Source: Hypanus sabinus (Eukaryota). Taken from it: a stretch of DNA of 64,000 bases. Every line of letters begins with the position of its first letter. Position 1 is the stretch's first letter. The position numbers and the translations under genes are program-made. A model generated the notes under the pieces. The model saw nothing but the letters and a program-made list of their open reading frames with translations. It made no database searches and had not been told where the DNA came from. The stretch is taken from contig NC_082731.1 in NCBI RefSeq assembly GCF_030144855.1, forward strand, positions 11,718,001 through 11,782,000. The letters run 5' to 3'. Positions 36,498 to 50,050 of this stretch are shown here, piece after piece.

Positions 36498-37349
36498 AAT
36501 GCAGAACGAAGGCATATTCACTACGATTATAGCTTGGATAATGATATGCATTATATCCGATAATTACATCGGTAAAATATATGGCGCATTAACGTGAATG
36601 TATAGATAGAAATTTAGAGAAAGATCTTCATTGTTTCCTTCCATCGTACTGAACGTATTTCTCTTTGCTCTGTTATATGGAGAGAGCTCCGCAAAAATAT
36701 GTTGAAGGTCTAAATGTCATTATGACACAGAAAATACCCTAAAACCAATTCAGTTTATCACCACGATTAGCTAAAGATTATTCCTATTGATGCAGACAAA
36801 CTGAGCATGTCCCTGTCTCCCTATCTTACTTCCTCTATTCACCATTGGTAATCAACATGAATCTGATGCCAGTCGTAGTAACAAAATCTGAGCCGAAGTT
36901 TATTTTCATTTTGTAGTTTCGTGACTTTGCTTGCAATGTGCGTGGATAGTAGCAAAGCAAAACACAAGATACTGGAGGAACTCGACTAGACAGAAAGCAT
37001 GACGATGAAAAAACTCAGATCTGCCTATTTTTGGGTAGTAATCCGGGTCATTTCTGATCAGAAGACAGAAAGGGTATGGATTTAAGGATGAAGATCGTAT
37101 CAGATTGTTCATTGTGAAGGGATTTGTCAAATTCGAACAACATGGGAAACTAGGAACCACGTTCCATCATGAAGTCAAAAGGAGAAGAAGATGGGCAATG
37201 AATTTAAATGGAATACGTAAATTATAGGGAAGACTGAATCGCGGCAGACGTGGCAAATTGAGTCAAGATGATAAAGAAAGCATGCTTCAGGTTTAGGGAT
37301 ATAAAATCCAACGGTGTTACGGAAAAAATGTAAATAAGCCAGAAAAGAA

Positions 37350-37489
37350 NNNNNNNNNNNNNNNNNNNNNNNNNNNNNNNNNNNNNNNNNNNNNNNNNNN
37401 NNNNNNNNNNNNNNNNNNNNNNNNNNNNNNNNNNNNNNNNNNNNNNNNNNNNNNNNNNNNNNNNNNNNNNNNNNNNNNNNNNNNNNNNN
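37350..37489. other. Assembly gap (N run)
   Basis: 140 N. Confidence 1.
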
Positions 37490-37799
37490 TCGGATACATA
37501 CATCAAGAGACTAAGATAACGTGGCAGAGTATAGAACCACTCAAGGATAAAATACGAAGCATACTTTTGGAGAGCGATTCTGAGCGTTCAGTCCTAAAGT
37601 GTGCTTTGCATCGGTTTTTACCAAGGAGAGAGAATTAACGGGTAGTGAGACCAGAGAGGAGCATGATAATTTACCAGGACATTTTGAGATTAGGAATATC
37701 TTTAAAATCATTCATCTTGAAGTGTTTGCAGGGCCTATTGAAGTATTCTAGAGAAAGGCGAGAACGGTGATTGCTGGTGCCATAACCAACATTTTTGTA

Positions 37800-38540
37800 C
37801 AAGTTCAAGTTGAAGTTTGTTTATTGTCATTTGAGTGTACATATATACAGCCAAACGAAAGAACGTTCCTCTGGACGACGGTGCAGCCACACAACATACA
37901 TCACACACAGTACAAAAAAAGCAAAGTATTATACTATAAATAAGTTAGCAAATTATAATTCAAAATGTATGTAGTAATGCACAGCACAGGTAAATAGTAA
38001 ACAGTACAGTAAGCAGTCCGCAGTCCTAGAGAAGATACATAGGTGTTGGCAGGGTATTCATATTCTCACACCCTGACGGAAGCAGCTGTTGTAGGGGACA
38101 ATGTTGTTCCTTTGTTCAGGAGTGGAAATGGCGTTAATCTGGAATTAATAGATTGGTGGATCTTATTGTTGGTGGTGGGTGTATTAATGTAGTGGATACT
38201 TAGAAATAGAATTTATGAGCATTTGGAAAAGCATAGCCTAACTAGGAATCATCAGCTTAGCTTTGTGCGAGGCAGGTCATCTCTTAGTATCAGTATTGAA
38301 GGTTTCAAGAAGGCGATTGAGATGATTGATGAAGGTAAAGAGTTAAAATATGTCTTCGTGGGATTTCGGGAGATATGCGACAAGGCCACTCATGGGAGAT
38401 TCGTACAGAAGATTAAGAAGCATGCTATCCATGGTGACCTGGCCGTTTGGATTCATGATTGTGTTGCCTACAGAAGATAGAGTGCAGTGCCTGATTGATG
38501 GTTCTGGATACGTCACTAATGCTGTTCCGTACCAGAACCT
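37800..38540. mobile_element. Rex1-like 3' end (minus) next to a CR1 RT fragment (plus)
   Basis: caagttcaagttgaag tail at about 37800. EKHSLTRNHQLSFVRGRSSL...DKATHGRFVQKIK at 38223-38480. Confidence 0.6.
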
Positions 38541-38563
38541 CCAACGATTGTAATGATATATAT

Positions 38564-41200
38564 AGTGGCGAGCATTTGGTCCATAATGACAGACGAAAAA
38601 ATATTCCTTAAACTCGTTTAATCCAACAGCCGATTTTATTGGGACAAGCGCAAAAGCTGATCGGGCGCTATGACCCGGACAGAAACACAGTCAGTCACCT
38701 GCAGACGGGGAGGTATTTATTACATTCCTTGGTTACAGTCACTGTGACCCACAATCACACATGCAAATAACTGTACGACCTAAGCTAGCACCAGCCGGTC
38801 ACGGTTCAGTGCGATTGCATTCGGCCACTCAGGTAACAGGACACGGTATACCACATCGGAGATGTAATCGAGCGGCTCTCCCGGTCCCTTCTAATGGCTT
38901 ATAAACTTGGCGATAGTCCCTTCTTTCGGCTGGGGTAGTAGACCCAAACTGGGGTCTCCAGCTGGTACTGCTGCATTGGCGCCCTAGACTGACTCCAGCT
39001 CGTTCTGGGACGTGCAAGCATCTTTGCAGTGCACGAAAAGCTCCACGTCCTGCCTGTCCACTGGCCAATAGAAGTGTTCGGGGAACTTTCCAAACGTCTT
39101 TGCGACCCCGAAACGGCCTGCCCCAACAACCCGTGCACGGAGCGTAACATCGTGGCCACCGCTAGAACAGCAGCCCGTCCCGCTTTTCCAGCGTGCCCAC
39201 TGAGAGAAAAGGGCTTTAATCTCCGGATATAGAGCGGAGACCTCTGTCCACTCCGGCCATCGTTCCGCGCTCAGCGATCCCCTTACCCGGTTCAACAGAG
39301 GATCTCTCACCTGCTCGCTGTAAAGCTGCAGATCAATGGTGGCGAGGTCTACATCGCTGCCAGCTGCCACCTAAAGCGCCGCCTCAACGCTTGCCCCTAG
39401 TGTTGCTGTGTTGCCTAGGGCCACCTCACGGTGTGCTGCACTGTGGCGGGTCGTGATGAGACCGTGGTGCTTTTTGCCGCCCCCGCCCGATCCGCTTTCT
39501 GAAGGTGCCCTGCCGGAGAACCACGACTTAGGTGCGGGAGTATTGCCCACTCTACATCCACGCGCGCTCCCCAGCGGGACAGCAGGTCCAGGTCAACGAA
39601 GCAGGACTCCCGGATGTCAGTCATACGTACCTCGTATTCTGCTGTGTTTTCCCCACTGCGATAAGAAGCCACCTCTTCCCTCACGGCGCCGCACAGTTGC
39701 CAGTAACCGTAGCCCGCTGGACCGGCGTGGTTGTCCACACAGGCAGGGTGGATGGGCCGTTTTGTGAGGAAACCTGGGTAGATAATGGTGAGGATTGACA
39801 CCGTGTCCACTAACGCAAAACCTCTGATGCCCTCTACCACGCAGCCCACGCAAAAGACTTGTTCTTCACCTAGACGTCTCACCCGGAGAGGCGACAGCCG
39901 ACGGATTCTGCTGGAGGTTTCGAGCAGCGCTGCCTGGCTGCGCTGGGCTATGGTGTGGCGCTGCTGCGGAGCAATCTCAGGCCATCTGGCTTGCCTGACC
40001 ATACCGTTAACAAAAACCGCTCCGTGACACGCGACGGGACCTGAGCGGTGCTGGTCAGAACTGTCCCACGGGCTTCTCTTCGGCGGTTTTCTCCTCCACC
40101 TCGGCGACACAGGCCCAGTCTCGCGGCGTGCCGGGTGACCCTAGGATGCCTTGGGGAGTGAAGTTTCTTCGCCCTTCTGCCTCTGCCAGCGATGATGGTG
40201 ATGTCAGGGGGACATAGTGCCGAAGACGTGCCAGCGTGAGCGCCTTTCCAAAGGCGTGGAGGGCAAGTTCTTCCTGGGCCGCGGAAGGGAACTGGGGTTA
40301 GACATGTCGAACATAGTGGCGGAGATCTGTTGCGAACGCCCTGCCCAATTCTTCTCTCACTGTTTCCTCCAATAGCTTCCGCCCGAAAGGTAGCTCCGGC
40401 GCCGCTTGGATAGCGCTATAGTCATGCTGCTCAGCCGGCGTTAGGTCGAGCAGGGCCTGCAGGGTGTCCCCTTCTAGTTGCAGGACAAGGTCCACCGCCG
40501 TTTTGGTGGGACTCCACATTGTGCCTTGCGGCAAATTTGCCGCGTCAGGCAAGTTTTCAGGCGGCTGATAGCATTTTATCTGAGGAGCTTCAAGGAAGCT
40601 TCAGATAACGTGAAAACTGAGGACTGGTGATCCTCCTCTTCCTCCAGCGGCGTCAGTGGAAACTGCCGTCTTCCCATTGCTGGGTTATCTTGGGTTCCCC
40701 CGTGCGGTCCAGGAGGAAGGTGGGTGGGTGGGTGGTGTGCTCTGCCATATCTCCCGGGTTTAGGACACTGGGTACGATCGCCCCGTCGGGGTCCCTGGGG
40801 AAGACATAATGCTCAGTTCCCAGATCCTTCCTCCGGGTCGGCGTCCCATCCTCGGGAGCTCAGCCCGGAGTAGCAGGGTAGACATACTTCACAGTCCCTT
40901 GATTAATTCCCCGGGTTTTAAGGTGTTTCATCCTATGTCGTAGATCTTCAATCTCGCCGTCAATTCCTAATCCCGCTCCTGACCCCAATATGGCGAGCAT
41001 TCGGTGACAGACGAGAACTGCTCCTTTATCTCACCAGCCGTCTTTCTTGCAACAAACGCAAAAACAGACTGGCCGGTCTGACCCAGTAGCATACTGATGG
41101 TGGAGGTTATTATTATACAGCCTAGTTACAGTCAATGTGATCCACAAACAAGCATGCGAGGAACTATATAACCCAAGCTAAAATGTAACGATAAATGAAC
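38564..41200 (-). mobile_element. Degraded Gypsy LTR retrotransposon with two diverged LTRs and a tRNA-Leu-like PBS
   Basis: Similar LTRs start gtggcgagcatt (~38565) and atggcgagcatt (~40990). PBS TGGGGTCAGGAGCGGGAT at 40987-40970. Protease remnant ALVDTVSILTII and integrase H-C zinc-finger remnant (FGVAKT...HFYWP). No RT segment seen. Confidence 0.75.
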
Positions 41201-41749
41201 TTGAACTTCCCATCATAATCCTAAGAAAGCATTTTAAAACAAGAATAATAAATTGCTCTGGCCACTAGAAATGCTGGGGTGGGCTGTCCACCAGGCCCAG
41301 TTCGACCTCGCCCCACCGGCCGGAGCCCTACGATATATATTCATATTCAAGTACATTTGTTGAATATAGGGATTATACATCCTTTAGATTTTCGTGCTTC
41401 CCGGTAGCCACAAAGCAAGAAATCTGAAAGAACACAATTTAAAGTAAAAAAGAATAAGCATTAAAAAAGAGACGAAGCAACGCACACAAAATGCTGGCGA
41501 ACACGGCAGGCGAGGTAGCTTCAATGGAAAAATTGAAACAGTCGATGCTTCTGGTCGAGACCCTTCATGAAGACATGCTTTGTGTATTGCTTGGAACTCC
41601 AGCATCTGGGGTTTTTCTCTTATTAACGAAAGACCAAAACTCCGTGCACAAGAGCACGAAAAAAAAGTACACGACATGCGAACAAATGAAGCGCACAACA
41701 GCATTCTAAACCACAAATACCCTATCTTGTCAGTCTGTCTGGGCCAAGA

Positions 41750-44700
41750 TTTAAATTGACCCTACGACGGAACAGCGAAGTGCTCTGACGCCCTGGAGAG
41801 AGGACTGGACATCGCGGAGAGTGAGCGGAATCCGTTCTCGCCTCGTATCTGGGCAGGCGTTTTTAATTCTACTTCGCACTGGGGCCCAGGTACCGCTGAC
41901 TGGAAAGGCCCTGGGCCAAGAGCACGCTGCCCCGCGAATCGCTCCGGCCCTGATTTCGTCGCCCAGCACGAAGCCGCTCTTAACCTCTAAGTCCGCTCGG
42001 CCTTTCCTCCGCCTTCCTCGTGATGGAAAACTGGCACATTGCTTTGACTCCAGGGATAGGAACCGTCCCCAATCTCCTTACCTGCCCAGCCCTTCCTGTG
42101 CACGTCGTGTCTACGCATCGCCATTAATGTACCGACTCCCCGGCCGGTATTCCAGACAGAGCTCATTAGCAGACAATGCCGACCACCAGTGCCAGTGACA
42201 TCCAATTTCGCCGAGGTCAGGATATAAGTGAATGGGTTGTTGTCCGTCCACAGCCCTTTTCAATGCCAGCAACTCCAACTTGTGTATGTGTGTGTGGGTG
42301 GGGGGTGGGGGGGGTTGTATAGCTTCGCTCAGAGGGTGACAGACTCCAGCAGTTGTCAACCCTGTGCCATGGTCCCGATACAAACCTCCTCTAAGCCCTG
42401 TCTGCTGGCATCCGTGTGCGGTACATATGGCAATCGGGGATCTGCAAAAGCTTTTTCGTCAGTAGCTCCTTTAGCAACTGAGCGGCCTCTTCACATTTCG
42501 GATCCCATGCCGCTCCTAAGAGCTCCGAGGGGCTAAAATAATCTTTAGCAGCTTCTGTTTTCGTCCTTCTCCCTCTTTTCTCCAAGGGAGCCAACAGCAC
42601 AGAAGCTGATTTAAGTGGTAACTCACTTTAGAGTTGTCCTTCACGAACCTCCGATAGTTCCAACAGAATTGAAAGAACGAGGGCAGGGCGCTCACAGACT
42701 GAGGCCTTGGCCATGTGGTCACCACCTCTATGTTAGACGGATCTGTAGCTACTCCATCACATGTGCTCCACATAATTGACAGACGTCCTGGTACTAGTCC
42801 AGGGAAAGTTTTAACCTGCAGCTTTCAGGCAGCCCAGCACCTTTCAGTAGCCTAACGTCATACTCCTTCAAGATGGACCGGAACACGATGAGATCATCCA
42901 GGTACAGCAATACCTTAAGCAAATTCCTATCCCCCGGCTTTCTCCATGCCCTGGGCTATCTTTTCAAACTGGAAGAATCCCAGTAACCGTCTTCTGTTTG
43001 TCAGGATCACTCATGCGTATCTGGTAATATCCACTCCTCACGTCCAGCACACTGAATCACTTCACACCACCCAGACAGGCCAACGCGGCCACCATTCTCG
43101 GAACAGTATACTGGGCGGCAAGTGTACCCCTGCTCAGAGCCCGATAGTCCACATGCATCCGTATCTTCCTATTCTTCTTCCTGGCCACCATTACTAGTGA
43201 TGCATAAGGGCTTCTGGACTCCCAGCTTCCTTCAGCTTCCACAAATGCTGCTGAAGGTCCACACCTCTGCAAACGCCATTCGCAGCGACCCTGTCTCTGA
43301 ACGCTGTGTTCTCTGTCTCCCGAATGGTGTGGCGAATGCTCTTGGAACAATCCACATCAAACTCGTCAGTGGAAAAGGCATCTTCCAGCTTCAACATCTT
43401 CTCTATCAATCATCCCCTCCAAATTCCAGGTACCGGGGAGTCCCCAGAGTTGAATGACTCGGCTGTCAAATTTCCCTTTTTTGGAGAGAGTTTCTTCCCG
43501 ACTTGTCTCACAAGAACACTAGACATTACCGTCACCGGAAAGAGGTGCGGCATTGACATAAGCCGGCTAAGGGTGCCCTCCCTCTCTGGGATGTTCCTAA
43601 CAATCACAGTCATCCTGTTGACTTGTGCAACCGAGGACTTCTGCAGCTCGAATCTCATCAATACCCCATCATGTAAGGACGTCTTCTCTTCGTGGTCTTC
43701 TGGAGCATCCACCAAGAGGTCCTTAACATCAGGCATTCCTGGAAATTTGGGGTTTCCCTTCACTTGAGCTGCTACTTCAGACCGTAACACGACTGGTTTG
43801 GACTGGGTGTACCACACAGTCCCTCTTTTATGCTCATCATCCAGCCCAGTGCGGCCACACACTTCCTCAAAAGCAGCTCTGAACATAAGGTAAATGAACA
43901 ATGTTCTCTGAAAACTGTCTCCAACTTTCTCCTTGCAGGCTCCCATTAGCCTCCTCACAATAGGAGGATTCGTCCCCACAAGAACTGAAACTTCGGCCTT
44001 TTCGAATGGGTCCGGACAAACTGACACAAATGTATCAAGGACCTAAGCTACTCCCACATCTGCCTCCGAAAACTCCAGATTCAAGGACAAGTGACCATCA
44101 TATGGGTAGTCATCCGTACTAAGCCTCCAGATCACGAGCGCACTGAATTGCGTCAACGGTAAATGCGTCAAATACTGGTTGTAAAACAAACGGTACAGCA
44201 GAGTAACCCGAGAGCCTGTGTCAAATATGGCTCTTGCATAAATACCCTCGATCCGTAGCGATACACTGGAGCTTGGCCCCACTCAGCCTTCAGGAATAGG
44301 ATATTTTGCTTTGGAGTTTTCGTTGATATATTGATTGGAACGTATTCCGCCCACTCCCCCGCCAAGAAGCCAGGCCGTTTCCTCACTGGGTTCTAAGTTT
44401 CCGACGTTTTTCTCCGCTTAGGTAGCTGGGGGCTTACTCTCGGAAGATTTCTCGGCCTTCACACTCCCGCCTGAAGTGTTTCTCTTCCCCATCGTTATCG
44501 CAGATAATACCTGTCGCTCCCCTTCTCGCGGGACCCTGTTCACTAGCAGCCCTCAGGGGGTTAGACTCCCAGTCGGCTTTGTCATGCGGGGTGGTCGCAC
44601 CCGCAGATAACAACATGGATATCTCAGTTCAAAACTCCGCTACAGTTCCCTTATCATCCACGAGGAAGGGCTATCAGGGATCTCTAGCAACGGAGGCTAC

Positions 44701-44830
44701 TACCGAGGAATTTACCTTGCTGACGGAGATCCGACGCGCCTCCGTCGCATTTTCCTCCTCTCTTAATTCTCTGATCAGCTCAAAACAAACGAGGGAGTGG
44801 GGCGTGTCTTCTGAGATATTGGGAGACCCC
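41750..44830 (-). mobile_element. Degraded Gypsy internal region (gag zinc knuckle, protease, RT)
   Basis: Knuckle remnant ICDNDGEEKHFRREC and protease IFDTGSRVTLL. RT motifs IRMHVDYRAL, WFSVLDVRSGYYQ and LLYLDDLIVF at about 42880-42915. Confidence 0.85.
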
Positions 44831-44839
44831 AAGCGATCA

Positions 44840-45200
44840 TGTCATGCGTCTGTGCACCTTTCAGGTACAGAGCAATCTTGGAGGTCCATGTCCACAGCTC
44901 ACTGAGAGTTGCAGCACAATTTGATAGGGTGGTAAAGAAAACGAATCTCATGTTTGCCTTTATTAGTCAGAGATATGTGTTCAAGCCTCAGGAAATAAAG
45001 TTACAATTTGATATGTGCAGAAGAGGTTTATAAGCATATAAAGTGCCGGAAGCCGAAATATTTTCAACAGGATTGAAATGTGTTATACTAGACGGCTTGC
45101 ATTGATGGTGAGAGGGAAATTTAAAAAGAGAGGTGCGGGCCATTTATTTTACATAGAGACCGATGTGGGTTTGGACACGTCGCTCGCATCCTCAGGCTTT
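44840..45200 (+). mobile_element. CR1 LINE 3' fragment
   Basis: VHVHSSLRVAAQFDRVVKKTNLMFAFISQ. Confidence 0.65.
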
Positions 45201-46589
45201 ACTTCATTATGAAATGATATTTTCTGTTAATGGCAATCGAATGAATAAATTGGATAGATGAGGGAACCAAGGTCAGACACCATGTTTCTGTGATAGAGCC
45301 ATGCCTTTTCAGTGACACCATTTAAGGTGGCCGAGTATTCCAACAAAAATACTTTATTATCACTTGAAAGGAATGTGCTATCCATGTCAGAGCAATAACC
45401 AAGTCGCAGAAAAAATTGCAGCCAAATTGAAATCGATATTCATAATTTTTTCAGTCTAACAAGAGAACATATGACGGTATTGCCATGACTTTATGCATGT
45501 GCATTCGTACTGGCAGTTCAGGGTGATTCTTGATTCCCGGTAGCATGTTCTCATCGTCTGGATCTAAGGAGTTGGTGCTTAAAATCAGCTGTTGTGGAAG
45601 AATAGTCCAATCAAACAACGTAACGTGCTGAACGACGAGTAAATGACCGTTGCGCCCTTATCTTAATTCGCCATCTATTATTGTCCATCTGTTGTTCACC
45701 GAAAACCGCAACATCTAGGGTCGGGCTTGCCCCGTGCTGCTTTTAGAAGGAGGCGTTCACTTAATTTCAAGAAGTAAAACTATGGGATGAGACACTGAAT
45801 AAAATTATTGACAGATAGAATAGGTGGGTGGAGGCAGCAGTAGTTTTGTACAGCTGTTTCAGTGAGCGGAGCTGCCTCCTGCACTGCGTTGAAAAATCAA
45901 AGCCATAAGCATATTCATTCGGCATTCACTTGGTGATGTTGGACGAAAGTGAACATCTGATTCAATTCAGTCTTTAACTTTACAATACACATGATTTGTA
46001 CAGTGGCCTCAGAAACTCTTCAGATATGATTTTATAACCGATCACCAGTACGATTAATATACACAGATTCCCAATATTGCGTGTGCGCTTCACGTACACG
46101 CCGATCTATACATTAAAATTCTGTTTCTCTAAATTATTTTGGAATTAAGAATGGGAAACACCAAGACGGCAGATGATATTTTAAAAGATATTTTGTGTCA
46201 TATTTCGTCAGAGGTTACATTCCAGAACGAGTCAGAAGACAAAAATTGCAAAGAAGGAGGGAATGCAGTTCTATTACAATCGGCAGGTTAGTACTGAGCC
46301 AGTTGTTGGAGCACATGATGGCAAGTCTCCGTGTTTGATAAATTCATCCAAAAGTCTGAGAAATAGTGGCTGCTAAGATGGCTTTTGACTTTCCAAACAA
46401 CATTGGATTGTCGCTGTGAACTTCGTGAATGAACCTGAAGTTCAATAATGGATTGCAATTCAATGTATCACGTATGTGAAGGAGGTCATCGCATTTGTTC
46501 AGCCTTTCTGATTTCTATATGACAAAACTGCTATAAATGTTGTCCTAGGCCAATCAACATCTCTGCTGTATCGTCAAGTCTTTGAAATG

Positions 46590-47520
46590 AGTCCCTGGTC
46601 CTATGGCAATTGATGGGTCAGTGGTGAAGCAGATAAGCAGCTTCAAGTTCCTGGGTGTCGCCATTTCAGCGGAACTATCTTGGCCCAATACCTCATTTGT
46701 AATGGCCACTATTCTCAAAAATCTTGTGCTGTGCAATTCTTTTCCCAGTGACCACACGTGCGGAGTGAATAATTTCTTCAGTACAAACAGTATAAATAAC
46801 CCGTTTCTAAAATCTGTAGACAAATCATCACGTACTCCACGCTATCAACACCATTGATTCCGAAACCGGTAAAGGAAACGTTCATAAAATATACTTAAAT
46901 GCCAAAGAGGTAAAGAGTAACAACCTTTTGTGCGCATTTTAAGATTCCTTTGTGCGCTCATAGCAAAAGATGCATTGGTGCGCACACGTGCATACCTTAC
47001 GGGGAACATTGGCCAGCACATTGATGAAATTACAAATTAGGAATTTGCGGAGATTTGTGATATCACCAAATGCACTCGCAAAATTCTTCGGATGTACTGT
47101 GGAGAGTATTCGGACTGGTCGTTTCACCGCCTTGCGCAGAGGTTCCGAAGTGCAGTATCAAATGAGGTTGCGAAGGGTTGAAGGAAGACTCAGTCATCTG
47201 CTTCACAGACGGATACATGCCACCATCACGAACATTTCAAAAGGCTGTCTCTCAAGAAGAAGGCATCCATCATTAAGTACTCTCACCATCCGAGATGTGC
47301 CCTCTTACTATTGCCATTGAATAGAAAGTATAAGAGCCTGAACACCCACCCTCAGCTATCACATTTCTGAATGGTCCTTGAACCTAGAAATACAACCTTA
47401 CGACTCCAATTCAATGTGTTTATTTATTGCAGCTTATGTAAACGTTATGTCTTGCACTGTACCTTTGTTGTGAAGAAACACATTTCACGACATATTCCTT
47501 GTCAGTGATAATAAAGCCGC
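46590..47520 (+). mobile_element. Rex1/Babar-like LINE 3' fragment (interrupted)
   Basis: IDGSVVKQISSFKFLGVAIS; CTVESIRTGRFTALR. Confidence 0.65.
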
Positions 47521-48445
47521 TTTCCATTCTGATTCGAATTTCAAAAAGAGTGGAATTGAAACCCAACGAATGGAGCCTTATGTTTCACCCTGGTGTGCAA
47601 AAAATGTTTTGTGTTGCTGTCTTAAACAGCTGTGATAGTTTTACAAGGCTCTGTTGTAATTGATCGGAGTGAACTGAAGATGTGGTCCGGAAGTCTGGAA
47701 AAATTCAACGAAGGAGTAATGAGAAGTCAGGGCATATATGTACTGAGTAAGATAAAATGAAGGGCTCCGATTTATAGATCAAACGTTGTGGAAAATTTGG
47801 AACAGATTCTGGTTCTTTCCCAAATGCTGAATCTTGCAAAACACAGTTAGGTAAAAAAAAAATGAAAGAAGTTATTAAGGATAAAATTGGATAACACAAA
47901 AATGAGAAAATTTAATGTGTGCAGTTGTGCAGTTGTGACATGGCACCCAGTACCTGTGCTTAGACTTCTGACCGAACAAAGCAGTCAAGTCCTACACTTT
48001 TTTCAGCACCCTGTCTACCTGTGTCACAACATTCAGGCAATTGTACCCTCGAAATGCATTACTTCGCACGTGTCTGAGATATATTCGACTTATTTAATTT
48101 TGAGATATGCCCAGTTTCCCAGGAAATCTAGAGAACGAACTTGGGTAAATGTCTTCATTTTCCATTTTGTGCTAATTTTCCTGTTAACCATCTTAGGCAT
48201 ATTTCACGGATGTTGCGCTGCTGATCATGCAAATCACCAGGAAATGTCCCCAACGCGCACCAGAAACTCTGCAGGACAGATGCTGCATGGAAGGACTTGC
48301 TTTGGAAAGGCGATAAAAGCATCACGCACGCACTATTCTATGCACTGCGATCACGTTAATACGCATGCTCTATGCGCTTAGCATATTGTGTGTACTCATT
48401 ATAATGAAGTAACCGGGTTTTTTTAGGAGTATTTGTGATAGAAAG

Positions 48446-50050
48446 ATGTCTAGCAAATGTTGCAAGAGCCGTGATATTTTCTGTTACATTTGTGGCAAGT
48501 ATACGTTAAAATGTCAAAGATGGAGCAGGACTCCGCTTGTTAATAAGACATATAAGCTATACTTTGGGAATAAAATTCGTGATCAAGAGAAAGCCTTGTC
48601 TCTTCACATTTGTTCCACAACACCCGTTGTACGTTATAACTTGGCTCAGAGGCACTTGGAAGTCAACGGCGTTCGCTTTCCCGATGATATGGCGAGAACA
48701 GAAAGATCATGTGACAGACTACTACTTCTGTCTAACCATTGTGTCTGGTTTCTCTACTAAAAATAAGAAATCCATCGAATTTCCTTGCAGCGGATCGTGA
48801 GGTCAGCTGAGAAGATCATCTGGGTCTCTCTTCCTGCCATCACCGACATTTACACTACACGCTGCATCCGCAAAGGAAACAGCATTATGAAGGACCCCAT
48901 GCACCCCTCATACAATCTCTTCTCCCTCCTGCCGTCTGGGAAAAGGCTCCGAAACATTCGGGCTCTCACGACCAGACTATGTAACAGTTTCTTCCCCCAA
49001 GCTATCAGACTCCTCAGTACCCGAAGCCTGGACAGACATCTTGCCCTACTGTCCTGTTTATTATTTATTGTAATACCTGCACTGTTTTGTGCACTTTATG
49101 CAGTCCAGTATAGGTCTGTAGTCTAGTGTTGCTTTCTCTGTGTTTTTTTTTTACGTAGTTCAGTCTAGTTTTTTGTACCGATCATGTAACACCATGGTCC
49201 TGAAAAACGTTGTCTCATATTTACTACGCACTGTACCAGCAGTTATCGTCGGAAAGACAATAAAGGTTGACTTGACTTGAATACCTCATTCTCCCTTCTG
49301 CCATGTGCCGTATGACGAAAGTCTTCCAGTAACGAAGCCAGCATTGACATGGAGTCCAGAGAAGGCAAACGAAGCTGCCACGCTCTGAGTATGGAAAAAA
49401 TACTGATACAGATTTTGAACCTTTTCTGTTGAGAGAGCCTCATCTGATAACTCAATCTGAGTTAAGTGACCTGGTCAGAGACTTGAGTTTGTTATATACA
49501 AAAGCAGAATTACGGGGCTTAAAACTGCAAGGAAAGAATCTGATGTCATCAGATACAAATATTGCCTGAAGGATTTCGATATTTGATACAGATGATTCCC
49601 AGAATAACTGATGCGAAGATTAATGAAGCTTTTTTTTTGTTGGACCACAAATCAAACAGGCCATCAATGACAGGCAATTCGGAAACAAAATTTTAGCTGG
49701 ACCAGAGAGAATCGCATGGAAGGCACTCTAAGGGTGTTACTGAAAAGTTTCTTGGCAACTCCGGTGCATCAGTGCTGACTGACATGCTTAAAACATACGA
49801 AACCATGAGGTGCGAAATGTCACTAAAGATTCATTTTCTCCATTCCCAGTTAGTCTTCTTTTCTGTATTCTTTTGCGCTGTTAGTGGCAAGCATGATTAA
49901 AGATTTTTTGTGGGGCATTGCGGGCCAGAGAAACGTTATCAGGGAAAATGTGATCCGTCAGTGCTGGCCGATTACTGTTGGACACTTAATCGTGAAGCCT
50001 CAGACGCTGAGTACAAAGGAAAGTCATCATCAAAACAGTGAAGCCACTTC
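48446..50050 (+). pseudogene. Disrupted DNA-transposon transposase, Chapaev3-like (CMC superfamily)
   Basis: N-terminal FCYICGKYT...KTYKLYFG.KIRDQEK and MIWREQKDHVTDYYFCLT. C-terminal FVGPQIK, AWKAL..KFLGN, MSLKIHFLHSQL and LADYCWTLNRE. The family assignment is from recalled motifs. Confidence 0.65.
48783..49280 (+). mobile_element. Rex1/Babar-like LINE 3' fragment inserted in the transposase
   Basis: LQRIVRSAEKIIWVSLP...LLPSGKRLRNIRALTTRLCNSFFPQAIRLL, ending aataaaggttgacttgacttga. Confidence 0.8.

Noticed and set aside
39408-44027. Several long GC-rich ORFs on both strands
   Set aside because: They are antisense or frameshifted products of decayed Gypsy gag-pol, not host genes.
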